A stretch of DNA of 64,000 nt from Pseudovirgaria hyperparasitica (taxonomy: Eukaryota), in the NCBI GenBank assembly GCA_010093815.1, contig ML996569.1. One strand, written 5' to 3'. How positions within the stretch are numbered: the stretch's first letter is position 1; every line of letters starts with the position of its first letter. The position numbers and the translations under genes are program-made. This document shows, in pieces, positions 11,435 through 24,960 of this stretch. A model generated the notes under the pieces. That model searched no databases and was not told the origin of the DNA. It saw only the letters and a program-made list of their open reading frames with translations.

Positions 11435-14400
11435 ATGTTGTCGTCGAATCGACCGAGAAAATTCGTCGGCGTTGTCATCTACAATGATCCTGTATCACGC
11501 GTTCAGGGTCAAACAACTTTACCGAAGAGGCCGCGCCGAGATACCAATGAAGGACTCTGTGAACTGAGGCAAGAACCTGGACCGTCTGGTGTGAAGCGCA
11601 GGAGGATATTTTCTCATGTGGAGAGTAAGTATTGGAATATTCATTAACTTGGCTATCTATCCTCAGCCAGAAGGGATCATTGACAACCGGTAGTCTTCAA
11701 GAAGCCTAATACAACGTATGATGTCGAGGCAGTTATTGAAATTCCACGTCATGCGAACACGAGTCGACGCAACAAACCTCGCGTGTCCTATAAAGAGGTC
11801 GAATTTTTGTCCGCATCAGACAGCGAGGATGATTTCAAATTCGAAGTATCTTCTGATGAACAGTCGAACTTTGCCGCAGATACTGACAGCCAACCCGATA
11901 CCGACATAAGCTCCGCATCAGAAACTGAACCAGAGTATACCGATGAATCAGAGATACAGCATGATGATGAACCCGTCCCAAAGTCCCAGCAACGAAAGCT
12001 GCCAGCGAAACAGAAGTCCATCAAATATGGTGTGTCCGAAGGCTCATTCAAGGCTATTTCAGAAGCTAAGCAGCTTCCACTCCCAACACTTGGTCGTCAG
12101 TCAAGCAAAGGCTTGGATCCAACCTTACCACCATTGTCAAAGATCGATGACATCTTCATTGACATCACCGACAAGGCTTTAACTCTTGGTCTGAGTGACG
12201 TGCTGAAGTTTCTTGGGGGCAGACCACTTCGCGTAGCCACCATGTGTTCAGGGACAGAGGCGCCTATGTTGGCCCTTAATCTGATATCCAGGTCTCTGCC
12301 CATGTCCGAGGAGATGCTGAACATCGAGCACGCCTTCAGTGCGGAATTTGTGCCTTTCAAGCAAGCATACATTTATCGAAATTTTGCACCAGATGTCCTT
12401 TTCCGAGACATTCGCGAATTTGAGAACGACATGGACAAAGCAGGCGCGACAACTGTCTGGGGAAGCAAAAAGACACCTCCTGGAAACGTCGACCTGTTAG
12501 TCGCTGGCTTTAGCTGTAAGGACCGGTCGCCTCTTAACATGCATCGTAAAGAAGTTGGTAAGAAAGGCGAGACAACCGACACTCTTAAGGGCACCATAGC
12601 GTATGCGCGAGAAAAAAGACCAAGGATTGTCGTCTTGGAAAATGTCAAGGGTATTGAGGACGATTGGCCAAAGATTCAAAAATATTGGGAAGACATCGAT
12701 TATGCGGTAATGAAATTGAATGTTGATACCAAGAATTACTACATCCCAGCAACGAGGCAAAGAGTAAGATCCTACACTCAAAGTTTCATGTAGGTTCGTA
12801 AGCTAAAATTCGCAGGTGTACATTTTGTGCCTCGATAAGAAAGCGTCTAAAGTCGACACTAAAGAACCACTGCACAAATGGGAGGATTTGATGTTGCAAT
12901 TCCGGCGGCCAGCTTCTTCTAGCATGGAGGCTTTCATGCTCCCGGACGACGATCCACGGGCACGTCACGTACAAAAAGGAGATCCTTCACGTGAAACTGA
13001 TTGGACCAGATGTCGAGAGAGACACCTGAATATGAGAGCTAGGTATCGACTTGGTGAGCGTCGTCCATTCACTGAAGGTTACCAGCTCCAAAAGCCTCGG
13101 GTACCAGACTTTTCGAATCACGCCTGGCACACAAGACAAGCCAAGCGTGTACTCGATCTCCTAGACATATCGCATTTGAGAAACGCAAGACCCGAAAGGG
13201 GTGGCTATGATTCATGGTACAAGCTGCGCTGCTGGAACCCAAGTCAAAATGTCGACCATGCTAGTGGAGCAGATACGCAAGCTTTTGGCATAGCACCATG
13301 CCTTACACCCAGAACCATCCCGTACAATAGTTGTCGTGGCTCGATGATCTCTGGCTTAGAAGCATTAGCTTTGCAAGGAATCCCCATCGATGATCTTTTG
13401 ACCATTGAGACAGATTCTGAGCTGGCTGATCTCGCTGGGAATGCAATGACAACAACCGTCGTAGGGCCGGCAATATTATCAGCACTTATTGTGGCATTGC
13501 CTCACATGCGACTTTCGTCAGGTTCACCTGGGCCTCCAAAAGATACTGCACGAATTACGAAGCCAGAGCCACGAACAGTTGCGACACAGAGAATAGTTCA
13601 AGCGTCATCCGGGCCAAAATCTGAACACTTGCTCACGACGCAGAAGCTTCTTGGGGAAGCTATTGCAAGCTCCCGACGATGCTCATGCGAGAAGCAAGGG
13701 GAGACTAAGAGCTACGTACGCGAGTGTAGCAGCTGTGGGTACACTGCTTGCACTGATTGCCTTGGGAATCCTCAGCACGTGTACATTGAACGAACTTATC
13801 TTGTAAAGTCTTCACGTAGCAGTCCGATGGAATTCGTGGCGGAGTGGAAGCCTCGACTTCCTTTATGTCTAAACTTCGACGGCGTTGGGAATTGTACTTC
13901 GATGTTAAAGCACATGACTCTATCGACAAAGGAGCACAAAGATCGATACCTGACACTCCTTCAAGGTCTTTACGAACAAGACTTCGTGCTAGGTCCGTTT
14001 CGCCGGTCTGATGGGCACTGGACCGTTATGTATGAGTCATCGAACGGCTACTTGAAGCTCATTCTTGGGTCCAAGCCAAAGTGGCTCTTATACCTAAAGT
14101 GTCCTTCCGATTTACCTGTCAACAGTGAGCTACGAGCAACCATATCGCAACCTGTTGCTCGCTCAGAGGGCTTCATTAGCGTATTCGGTGACGGTTGGAG
14201 TCAGTTTGTTCCATGCAGAAAGAAGATCAGTTTCACAGTCACAGCCTCCAGCTCTACCTCACCGTCATGGAGAGCCGTGCTAGGCTTTCCAGATTTCGAG
14301 AATGAGACGGTCCCAACTCGCTTGACCATAAAAACGTCGAAAGATGCTCATGGACTTGACGAATCCCTCGATGGCGAATATAGACACCTGCCAGAGTGTG

Positions 14401-17400
14401 GGACTGCGTCTCAGATGCTGTATCAGCGGACTGGCACAGATCCGTTATACCTGTTTCTCGATCCGTCCAAAACCGGTAATCCAGATGAAGATACAATGGT
14501 TTTCAGCTACGAGCATCGTAGGCTCATGGTTGATGAAACGCGTGTGACAATTGCTCGTTTAGACCCAAAATTTCGTCCGTGGGACTTTGCGCAGGGACCC
14601 AGTACAAGAACGATTACAGGTGAAAGCAATGGAAATTGGTCTGCCAACGATGTTCTGAGTTTACACCCTAAGCAAACCAAAGCGAACGCGCTCATCCCGT
14701 CAAGTCTCAGACAGTGGCTCGACTCGTGTGACGTAGATACTTGTGGGCAGCTCACGACGATACTGTGTTGTGAGTTTCGTATTGACACCTCGACTCAGAA
14801 TGAGCTTTCACAATGCAGATCCCCAGCCTCCGCGCAGGATCTGCTGTTGTCTCGCTTCATATCATTCGCACAACACTGGCAAAGCCATGTAAAGCTGAGC
14901 GAATGGCAAAGTATGGACGTCAATGACAAAGTTTGCGGTAAATGCGAGCCAACAAGACCTCCAGTCACATGGGCCGTCGATAAGAAAGGCAACAGCACGG
15001 TCAGATGGATTGAGTTGGCTGAACCAGCTGCGGTTTATGAGCGAGCCGTATCTCAAAGACCTCTGGCCCATAGTCTGCAGGCAGAGGTTCGCCAAGGCCA
15101 AAGCGGTGGCTCCGGTCGTATTGGGGTTGCCTGCGATGTCGTTACACTACTGCATCGAGCTATGGCCAGGTTCAATGGGAAGAATGGATCAGAGAGCGCA
15201 CAGTGCAGACTCCTCACAAAACCCCAACTAGGGACCATTTACAAACGAGAACGTTTCATACTCAAAGACAATTCAGGCGACAGGACATACTCCGTAGAGC
15301 TTGCGAATGGCTACAAACTGTTCAAGAACCAGCAGAGGTCATTACATTGGATGCGACAAAGAGAGTTGCATCAGAGCTGCATTGTTGTCGAAGAGGTTGA
15401 AGAAGATGTTATTCCACGTCTTGAGTGGCGCATGGAGGTGAAGGCCACACGGAAAGTTGGTGTCAGAGGAGGCTGCTTGGCTGACACTGTCTCGTATGGC
15501 AAAACCCTTCTCTCTCTCTCGCTCATACATGCCGAATTCCTCGACAAGTCTATGCGAGACCTTGAGCAAGAGAATGAAAAGATAGCAGGGGATCTGATTA
15601 ATGTCCCCGCAAGCTTGGTCATATGTCAGCAAAGTTTGACTACTCAATGGGAGAATGAAATTAATAAGTTCCTCCCTAAAGAGGCTTATAAAGGCACTGT
15701 ACTCGTCATCCGAAAATTTGGGGACCTACAGAAACTTAACGTGGAAAATATCCGCAAGGCAAAAATTATCATTTTGTCTTGGTCAGTGCTCGCAGACAAG
15801 TCATACATCGAGAATTTGGGATCATTCGTGGGTATGCCTACGGTTGAGGCCGATAGCAAGTACTCGTATGGTCGTCTGTACACCCTCTGGATACAATGCT
15901 GTGCGGAGCGGATTCCGAAGTGCCTCAATAATTTGCGGGCCGAGGGGCTTGCCAAGTTCTCTGAGTCGGAGCCGCAGAGATTAGAAGAGAATTTATCACG
16001 ACCAGAATTTGCGGGTGTTCTTCCTGATAAATATTACACCGGGCAACGATATGTTAAGGAGGCAGAGAAGCAACGCCTTGTTGCAGAAAGAGATGCAAAA
16101 GTCCGGAAGAGCGGACCATCGAAACAGAAATCAAAGAAGCTTGCATACAATGCTTCGGATTCGTGGAAGGACCTGCAAGGCCCTCCCATGCATATTTTCT
16201 CATTCAATCGAATCATTGTCGACGAGTTCTCCTATCTCGAAGAGGGCACTTCCCAGGACAAAAGCCATCCCGTCCTATACCCTTCCATCAAAAGCTTGAC
16301 CGCACCAAAGAGATGGATTCTTTCCGGGACTCCGGCGTTGGACGACTTCATCGATGTGAAGCGCATGGCCGCACTGATAGGCGTCGATCTAGGTATCAAT
16401 GACTATACCCCAGGAGTCGTCACGAAGAGGAATCTAGAAGCATCAAGAAAATCACAGACGGTCCTCGAGCAGTTTGAGACATATCGGAAGGCCAAGTCTG
16501 TTGATTGGCACCAGCATCGGGACGCAGGAGCGCAGCAGTTTCTCGATCAATGTGTGCGTCGAAACGCTGCTGATCTACGGTCTATATCATGGTCCGAACG
16601 ACTTGTTACGACGATACCATTATCAGGTCAGCGCATTCTCTATGACGAGGCAGCCGCGCACCTTTCTATTCCCAATATCAAGAGAACTAGCCCGGCATCC
16701 GATCCCTCAGATCGCGCTTCCTCAATCCGAATGTTCTGGCAGGAATCTGACACATTTGAAGAGGCATTGGTCAGAGCTTCAAACGAATCGACACCGCTGC
16801 GAGATATAGAAGAAATCATCTCGACAAGGGCAGCAGAGAAGAATCAAATGTCCGAGAATCTCGACAAGCTCCTGTCTCAGGTCAAGGGCCTTCCTGTATC
16901 CCTTCGTGACGACCGATACTATAGCGGCTGGCTACGAGAGGCAGATAAGAACCATGACCTGAAGGCGCGATTTGACGCAGTCGTCGCAGGTCCCAAACAG
17001 AGTTTCGGCACAGAGGGACTGAAAAATCTCTTCGACAAAGTCCGGACCACGACGTACAAATTACAAGTCATGGAGAATGCCCTGAATTACGCAAAGCAGG
17101 TGAGGAGATTCGAGGCTCGCGGACCTCCGAGATGTGCGACTTGCACCAAGTCTGCAACTGTGGTGCTTCCTCTGTGTGGTCACGCAGTGTGCGAGACTTG
17201 CTACGAACATGCCGCGGCACGATCAGAATGTGTCGATGGATGCGAGGCGCTTTCAACATTCGCGACTCGCGACCTCGACTTCAGTCGTGCGGAGACGAAG
17301 ATGACAGGACTCATCAAAGTCATCAAGGGCATACCGAAGGACGACCAGGCACTCATCTTTGCACCGGGCTCGGAATCGGTGAAGAACATCCGAAAGGTGC

Positions 17401-18070
17401 TCCGAGAACATAATGTATCCTGCTTCGCCATCGTCAGCTCCGAGGAGCGCGCCGTCGAGGATCTCGAGGAGTTCAAGGCAGACAGAGACCCTAGCACGAA
17501 GCGCAAGGTGCTTGTGCTCAACGTCGGCGATGAAACTGCGGCTGGCAGGTAAGTGCTACGAACTCAGCAGTTCGACCACGACATACACGTGTGTATATAT
17601 ACTGATACGAAGCCAGCAACCTGACGAATGCGAATCACATCATCTTCATCGCCCCACTGCTCTCTCGAACTCAAGAGCACTACAACCAAGCAATGGAGCA
17701 GGCAATCGGTCGCGCCAGGCGGTACGGGCAGAAGAAAGAGGTCCAGATATACCGCTTTGTCGCCTTGGGTACGATCGAGGCAGACATTCTTCAGCTCAGA
17801 GAGCGGAGGAACTGTGCTTTGAGACAAAGGCCAGATGAAGAAGAAGTAGAAGCAATCACCGTCCAGGCTAACGACGGCAAAAAGGAGCCGACTCTGTTCG
17901 TTCGTTCGGAACAGGGCGAGATTGCGCTTGTGCCGGCGTCCTGGGCGAACAGAAAAGAAGATTTTTCGAAACGGTTGCCAGGATTTAACTGTAAGAGTCC
18001 GAGTACGGGGGCGGATCTGAGGCTTGGATCTGGTGGACAGCACGTATTTGCTGAGCACTACTTGGCTTGA
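11435..18070 (+). CDS. DNMT5: DNMT5-type C5-cytosine DNA methyltransferase fused to SNF2 ATPase/helicase and RING finger (~2148 aa)
   Basis: Exons 11435-11624, 11694-12763, 12816-17548, 17617-18070 join in frame (6447 nt). MTase motifs TMCSGTE (I), AGFSC (IV), LENV (VI), YYIPATRQR (VIII), LAGNAM (X); Walker A GGCLADTVSYGKT, Walker B IIVDEF, LSGTP; RING CATC..CGHAVCETC..C; HELICc NLTNANH..QAIGRARRYGQ. Confidence 0.9.
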
Positions 18071-18241
18071 TGGAAGCATATGTGCGTTAGTTCATAGATT
18101 GGATGAGTTTGGCATGCATTACGGCGTCATCGTTGAGCGAATTGTGTAGCATAGTCATACTTAGGGATACATCAAAGGCAAACAAAGCCAGCATGTTCCA
18201 CGGCGACGGATGATGGACAATATGTACTTTTATTTCGGGTA

Positions 18242-19740
18242 CTAGTTCACAAGCCCGAACATTTTTCCAGCCACGATATCCCATTCGTCGTCCCAGCGAT
18301 GCGTGCATTCCTTCTCTGCACCGTCTCTCAGCCGTTTTAGGAGACTACCGTCGTCTCCGAATAATTCCGCTAATTGCTCTGATAGCTGCTTCGCGCTCGT
18401 GAAGCCTCTGCCGTTGAAGTCTTCCTTGACAAGCTCCGACCAAGCTTCAAAGTCACTCCAGCCTAGTACTGGCAGTCCTGTGCCAAACATGTCCACGACT
18501 TTCATGGGCAAATCCACGCCCGATGATGAAGTGTGCAGTGACACGCCAAGATCAGCTGCTCCGAGGAGCAGCGCATAGTCTGCGGTACTGAGCCAGGCCG
18601 TTTGTACGACGACGTTCTGGAGTTGTTTGGCTTGACAAAGTGCGTTGATTTTTGAGAGGTAATACTCTTTCTGGGGTCCTTTGCCTGTGATGATGGCTAG
18701 TACTCTGGGTAATCGGAAGTCACGAGTTGCTGCTGCTGAGTAGCTCACGAGGGCATCCAGAAGAATGGAGAAGTCTTCGTCAGGGGTCCAGGAAGTGGAG
18801 CTGACGACGAGCTTCCAGGTACCTTTCTGGATGTCTTGTGCATATTGTGCCGTCTCACTCAAACGAGAGAGGAAGTCTGAGCGTTCCGTCGATGTCAGAG
18901 GCTGAAAGATGGGAGCCGGTCGGTCGTGTAGGGGAGAGGCAGAGACATTGTGCTCAACTGCAAGCGTTCGACACATGGAATTAGTGACTGCGAGATGAGA
19001 TGTTGCTAGACGAGAAAATGCAGATTCGTAGATTTCAGATATTCGGACGAGCGGATGTGAAGAGCTTAGTCTCAAAGCCAGGATGGAATAGCCAAAGTTA
19101 TGCCAGTCAATGACCAACTTGGTGTTCCGTAGAAAGCATATCATTGATGCTATTGCTAATGTTGGTATAGACGGTGGGTTCTGAGCCGTGTTAGAAGTAT
19201 ATTATACCATGCCTCAATATCAATCATGATCACCTGTACGAGCATCCATTGGCTTGGCCTGGATCGATAAGCCAAGGCATAATACAAGCTCCATACCTGC
19301 CACAGAACTTTCAGAGGTCCAATAATGAGGAACAGCACTCGGTTGCTCGTTCTGAGAAAGCCTGGAGGCGGCGCAATTGGAATGATGTTGATGCGTGAAT
19401 TGCCTTGGATTTCAGGATGAAAGTCTGAATCAGTGTAGCCGACGAGATCTACACGACCTCCATGTTTGGCTATGCTGATAGCATGATATTGCATACGTGG
19501 ACTCCTGCCTATGTCTCCAAGCACTACGACTTGCACCGACGTCTTTGCTTTGACCTGCCGCCTTCGGTGTTGTTGGCCGTCGGCGGCAGCGTCAGGTGGT
19601 GCATGGTCATCTATAAAATCTTCCTGGGATGGGCTGTAGCTGGATGGCAGTAGCAGCAAGAGGATGGTAAAGGCCGTTGAAACTCCAAGAACTAATGCTA
19701 TGACGAAGTTGAAGTTTTGGTGCAGCAGAATGCTCGTCAT
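18242..19740 (-). CDS. ALG1: Chitobiosyldiphosphodolichol beta-1,4-mannosyltransferase
   Basis: N-terminal TM; VVLGDIGRSPRMQYHA, LVQ|NPP, IDWHNFGYSIL, SSTSWTPDEDF, LGVSLHTSSSGVDLPMKVVDMFG; one intron near 19184-19235. Confidence 0.96.
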
Positions 19741-20392
19741 GCTTTAGTCTGCGCGATGAAAGGTGAAAGCAGTTGACGTGATGTCAAAGAAGGTTTAAGG
19801 TTTATCCAGTTAGCAGAGAGGCCGCCAAGACTGGCGCGCCACACACAGTAGTGATAGGGTGAAGACAGTCAGGATTCCCGGCCTAGAAGTGCCCACGTTC
19901 TCCCGCCCACGAGGCCCAGAACATCCAGTAATTTTAGCTGCCCACCCCCCTGGGACTTTGGCTGCCCAGGCCCCCCGGAGCCGCCCTCTTCTGCTCCCCA
20001 AAGGCAGCTACCACTTTCACTTTAGCTGCTGCTCGCCGCCCCGCCCACCTGCTTTTCTGGCGATAGCGCGGGCCGGATGACGACCTGCGTTAGAACTGTT
20101 TTAAACGTGAACGTGTTTAGACCCTCTGGAGACCCCTGAGGCTCGCGCCCTCACACTCACTCTCCCACTGCGGCACTACCATATCATTGTCTCGGAAAGA
20201 TGCTATATTCGCCTCTTCATGTGTTGCAGCTGTAAATATATCCGTTCAATGCATCGCCGTCGTCCTTCATTATACTACGACTCCACCTGGAATTAGCTCC
20301 TCTTATCTCTCCACTTCCGCAATCCTCCATCCTCCTGCACGTCACGTCGGACGCTGCGCGAAACAAACGCTCCAGCAAGACGATACGACTGC

Positions 20393-23300
20393 ATGGCCCA
20401 AACGTATACACTCCCTCTTGGAGGCAATGGACACGCCAAAAGCTCGTATGATAGCCACCTGCGTTCAAACAGTCGTTCACTCCGTGGCGACTGGTTACCT
20501 CCAGTGAACGTGGCCGTGGGAAGAAAACACCTGGACAGTGACATTGCCCCCAACAACCACAAATCTAGCCACTCCGGAACGCATGGACGTATTGCTCAAA
20601 ATAGTGAACACGTTCATACTGGCCACAAAGCGCGTTACACACTTACGGACGGGTCAAGCATCCCAGACTTCATAAGGGGTCGCACAAGAGGAGATTCAGA
20701 CCTGGGGCGCGCCAACGGCCATGCGACCAACGCGACGAAAGCTTATGAGAGCGCTCCAATTCAAGAAGATATGACAAGCACAGAGTATGTCTACAGTGCA
20801 TGGAGAAGACCTTCAGCTAATGATTTGGGTTCAGTGCATCGCTAAGTCTGAGAGAAGCCATGACAGCAATCCTCATACCTCTTCCCTACCTCCTCGCTAC
20901 CTTTGCATATCCTCTGTCCGCCACGCATACGACAACCGCACAACCTTCACCATTCGACCAGTTGAAGGATGCCGTCTCTAGGGGGAAGGTCTCCGAAGAA
21001 GCCCTCTCACGGATATCTGAAGGATCAGCATTTATACAGGCGTGTTGCCTTACCTCAGGCACTCTCCTTTTGATAGGACTACTGGGAAGCATATACACGC
21101 CAAAACAGCGATCAAGCCTCTCAAAAGCAATCTTAGGTGGCGAAGGAGCCAGAACTCAGGCAGGGTCTTCCTCACGCTCCAATACTGTGGCAAGAATCAT
21201 AGAAAGAGCGCTATCAGTTGGACTACCATTCTATGCGAGCATGCACTTGGGTGGCTCTCGCACAGGACTGATTCTTCTCACGACCATTGCGTCAGGATTG
21301 AATGCAGCGACCCCTATATTCAGAGGTCAAGGACGAAGCTTCTTCGCCGCTTGGAAAAACATGGCGTTGCAACGCAAGCTGACTTGTCTCGTCCTTTTCC
21401 TGAGTGTGGCAATGGACTTTTCTGGGATGTATGGAGGCCACAGCAATTGGTCAGTGATTCGCGGTCATCTGGCTCTCTCTCTTTCGATATTCTTCGTACC
21501 TTTGCCCTTATCGGGGTCAGTGTCTCCTTTTCTAGGCGCTCAGACATCTGAAATGAGCAATTCCGCACCTACCGCACCTTTGGCAGCACATGCCTCGATA
21601 TCTTCGGCGGAGGACACGAAGCTTACACTTGTATCCGGGATTCTCACCACGATATTCACGATCTTGACAACGGTAATTACTTCGACTTCACCATCAGTTT
21701 CAATCTCCTCGATGATATTCTCCTCGCTTTCCATAGGCTCAGCGCTAGGTCTAGTCGCTTTCGCTACGCCTGTTTCCTTGAAAACCCAGCAAAAGCTTGG
21801 CCTAGCCATGGGCTATGTCACCACGATACTTCCCAGCTACTTCTCCAGTTTCGATGCCTGGAGAGGCTTCGCGGTGATGGGCCTTGTCTCTTGCGTCTCG
21901 TACGCCACTGTGCGTTACGAGACGGGTCATAGAGGCGCAAAGGTCGCACACAATCACAACCATAAACACCATAACCATGACCATCACGGTTCGTACTCAA
22001 GACTTACTGGACTCTTACTAAAGCAATTCCCCCCTGGATCCATCATGTACAGCATTCTTTCTGAGAAGGATTCTCGGCGAATTGCCTACTTTGCGCTGTG
22101 AGTGCAAACACAAAAGTTGGTAGTACCACTAATACTAACGCCCATATAGTCTAAATTTGGGGTTCATGCTTGTTCAATTCTTCTATGGCTTCGTGAGCGG
22201 CTCACTGGGTCTTTTGACCGACAGCATACATATGCTCTTCGATTGTTTGGGGCTAGCAGTCGGTCTGGCTGCGGCAGTCATGAGCAAGTGGCCACCTGAC
22301 AGCAAGTTTCCCTACGGCTATGGCAAAGTCGACACTCTGTCGGGCTTTGCCAATGGTATTTTCCTCATGTAAGCACTGGATGAGAAATTCATCATACTCC
22401 ACCAGCTGACATCATTCTCAGGCTTGTGAGTATTGAGATTGTGTTCGACGCATCCGAAAGGCTTATGGAGGGCCATGAGCTGCAAAGACTGAACGAGCTG
22501 TTGATCGTCAGTGTACTGGGATTTCTGGTAAACATTGTTGGTTTGACAGCATTTGGACACGCGCATCACGGTCACGACCACGGGCATGATCACTCTCATG
22601 ATAACGAAAATATGCAAGGTATCTTCTTGCACATTATGGCCGATGCTCTGGGGTCCGTTGCAGTCATCATCTCGACCTTGCTAGCAAAGTACTACGGCTG
22701 GTCAGGGTGGGATCCTATCGCCTCCTGCATCATTGCAATTCTGATTTTCGGCTCGGCTGTTCCTCTGGTGAAGAGCTCTGGGATGCGTCTGTTACTGTCA
22801 CTCCCTGCCGACGTGGAATACGGCATACGCAACGCGCTACAAGAGATAAACACACTGAGAGGCGTCATCGGATACAGTGTACCTCGTTTCTGGCTTGAAG
22901 ATTCGGGGCCAGCACATAGTCACTCTCACGATCATCATCACGGCCATAAGCATGACGAGCACTCGCATGAATGCAACGGGCACTCGCATGAACATAGCCA
23001 TGGCGATCATGAGCATCACCATCATTCCCACTCGCACAGCCACAGCCACAGCCACAGCCACAGCCACAGCCACGAACCTTCTCCCACTCATCCGCAGCCT
23101 CACGCGCATTCGCACTCGCACAACCACAGCCACGCTCACGAAAATACACTCTCTCATTCCCATGATCATCATGCCCATTCCCACGAAGGGCATGGACACG
23201 GACATGAGCACTCGCACGATCATGGCCACGGTCCAGCGAAGGTTCAAGGCATCATCCACATTATCGCCGCGCGCAACGCAGATCTCGAAGACGTTCGACA

Positions 23301-23406
23301 ACGCACGGGAGAATTCTTAAAAGAGCGACACCTGAACGTCGTCGTACACGTCGAGAGAGACGGGGACCGTTGTTGGTGTGGAGGCGGAGCATCGAAGATG
23401 AGTTGA
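20393..23406 (+). CDS. MSC2: CDF-family zinc transporter (Msc2/ZnT5-like) with His-rich loops
   Basis: Multi-TM N-terminal half; DSRRIAYF, LGLLTDSIHMLFDC, FPYGYGK, ENMQGIFLHIMADALGS; very long His-Ser tract; three introns. Confidence 0.88.
23035..23073 (+). repeat. (CACAGC)n coding microsatellite encoding (HS)n
   Basis: About six perfect CACAGC units inside the zinc transporter His-rich loop. Confidence 0.9.
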
Positions 23407-24407
23407 GGGATACGTGGTAGTGAAGGCAGGGCGGAGTTTTGATCAACACACTTTTGACTGGGCATCAACATCGGCGTTATGGACGGATTTTCATCAAATT
23501 TTGGAGTCACTTTTAAATTCGAATATTTTTGGGCACGAATGCATCAGAGGATAGCACAGTATATCGGGAGACGCGGACAAGGAAAGGACATTGTACAGAG
23601 TGGATAAATAAGGAGATGTAGGAGTAGGTATGTACAGGCGACACACACGCAGACATCTTTGTGCATATCTATTCGATGGCCCACTACGTAGATATATACT
23701 CTAGAAAGCTAAAGACGAACATTACATAGCGCAAGTGAAAGAAACAAAGGATCAGTAAAATTTCCCGACGATGCTCAAAATGAGTCTCCCCCACGCTTAC
23801 CAAAAGACTAACCGCCGCCCCGGTCAAGTTTCCGGCACTAGGTAATACTGAAGAGGTCGTTTTGTGATACGGTACATCCATCAAACAACTAAGTCGGGGA
23901 ATTTGTCAAACCTGTATGATTGAGGATGGGAGATGTTCCCTACGAATCGAGACTCGCCCATCGTTGTCATCATAATCATTGATTTGGGAGATATGTTGAT
24001 TTCCATTGGTGTGATGATTCGTGTTCACGTACAAGTCCATACATACGATTGTCGTCTTGATAACAATTGGGCAGACTAGCTTAGTAAGGGAATATATTAT
24101 CCAATTCGATCCGATTCAATTTTGATTCAACTCGATTAAATTATAATTCAACCCATTTCAATACCGCAATCGATGCCTTCCCCCAGCACTCGATAACGTA
24201 CGCACGTACGTACTAGCAGCAAAGAATGTGCCGGACGGACGATGGATCGCGGCAAGCTCCGGGAGCGGCCGTGGTGAGTATGGTACGGGTGTGCGGGGGA
24301 CCGCTACGCTAAGCAGGTATTCTGGATGTGAGTTTTGGACGGTTGAGAATGGGGGATTGGGGATGGGAATTGGGAGTGGGGATTTTGTAGATAAGGATGG
24401 GGGATTT

Positions 24408-24428
24408 TTGTTGTTGTTGTTGTTGTTG
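24408..24428 (+). repeat. (TTG)n microsatellite
   Basis: About 7 TTG units in intergenic DNA. Confidence 0.85.
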
Positions 24429-24923
24429 GTTGGTGTTGGGCTTGGGCTTGGGGTTTCTTATCGCGGATATTCAATTATATGGATGCTGTGTTTGGTACAG
24501 TCCATGACTCTATGACTATGGACGACACGACCAAGCCAACGGTGTTGAAGTACATATCAGCACATCGTACGCATATATCAGCATTCACTCCAAAGCTGGG
24601 AATTTACCTTTCTCATTCGCTCCACGCATCTTAAATCAGCGAAAACGCGAGAACCCCACTGTCCCTGCATTTCATGCTTCCACGCATGCATGTACGCATC
24701 CACCCAAAGCCAAAAGATGGAGCTCGCTCAGATCACCATCCTCTACTTCTTTCTCCAAAGGTCTCTCCACAAATAATGGGGAGGGTCCAGAAAACATGAC
24801 ATGTCAGTGTGCTCTGTTATGTTGTATTCCGGTGTTGTATGATGGAATAATGACACAGCCTCGTTTCACATCTCACTTCCAAAACGAAACACTGATATGC
24901 GGCGGGTCCATACTCACTCACAC

Positions 24924-24960
24924 GCTCAGCCCAGATGCTCAGCCTAGATGCTCAGCCTAC
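24924..24960 (+). repeat. 13-bp tandem repeat GCTCAGCCYAGAT x~3
   Basis: gctcagcccagat gctcagcctagat gctcagcctac. Confidence 0.8.

Noticed and set aside
22837..23320. ORFs with (VA)n, (GC)n and (TA)n repeats
   Set aside because: Alternative-frame and antisense shadows of the His-rich (CACAGC)n tract.
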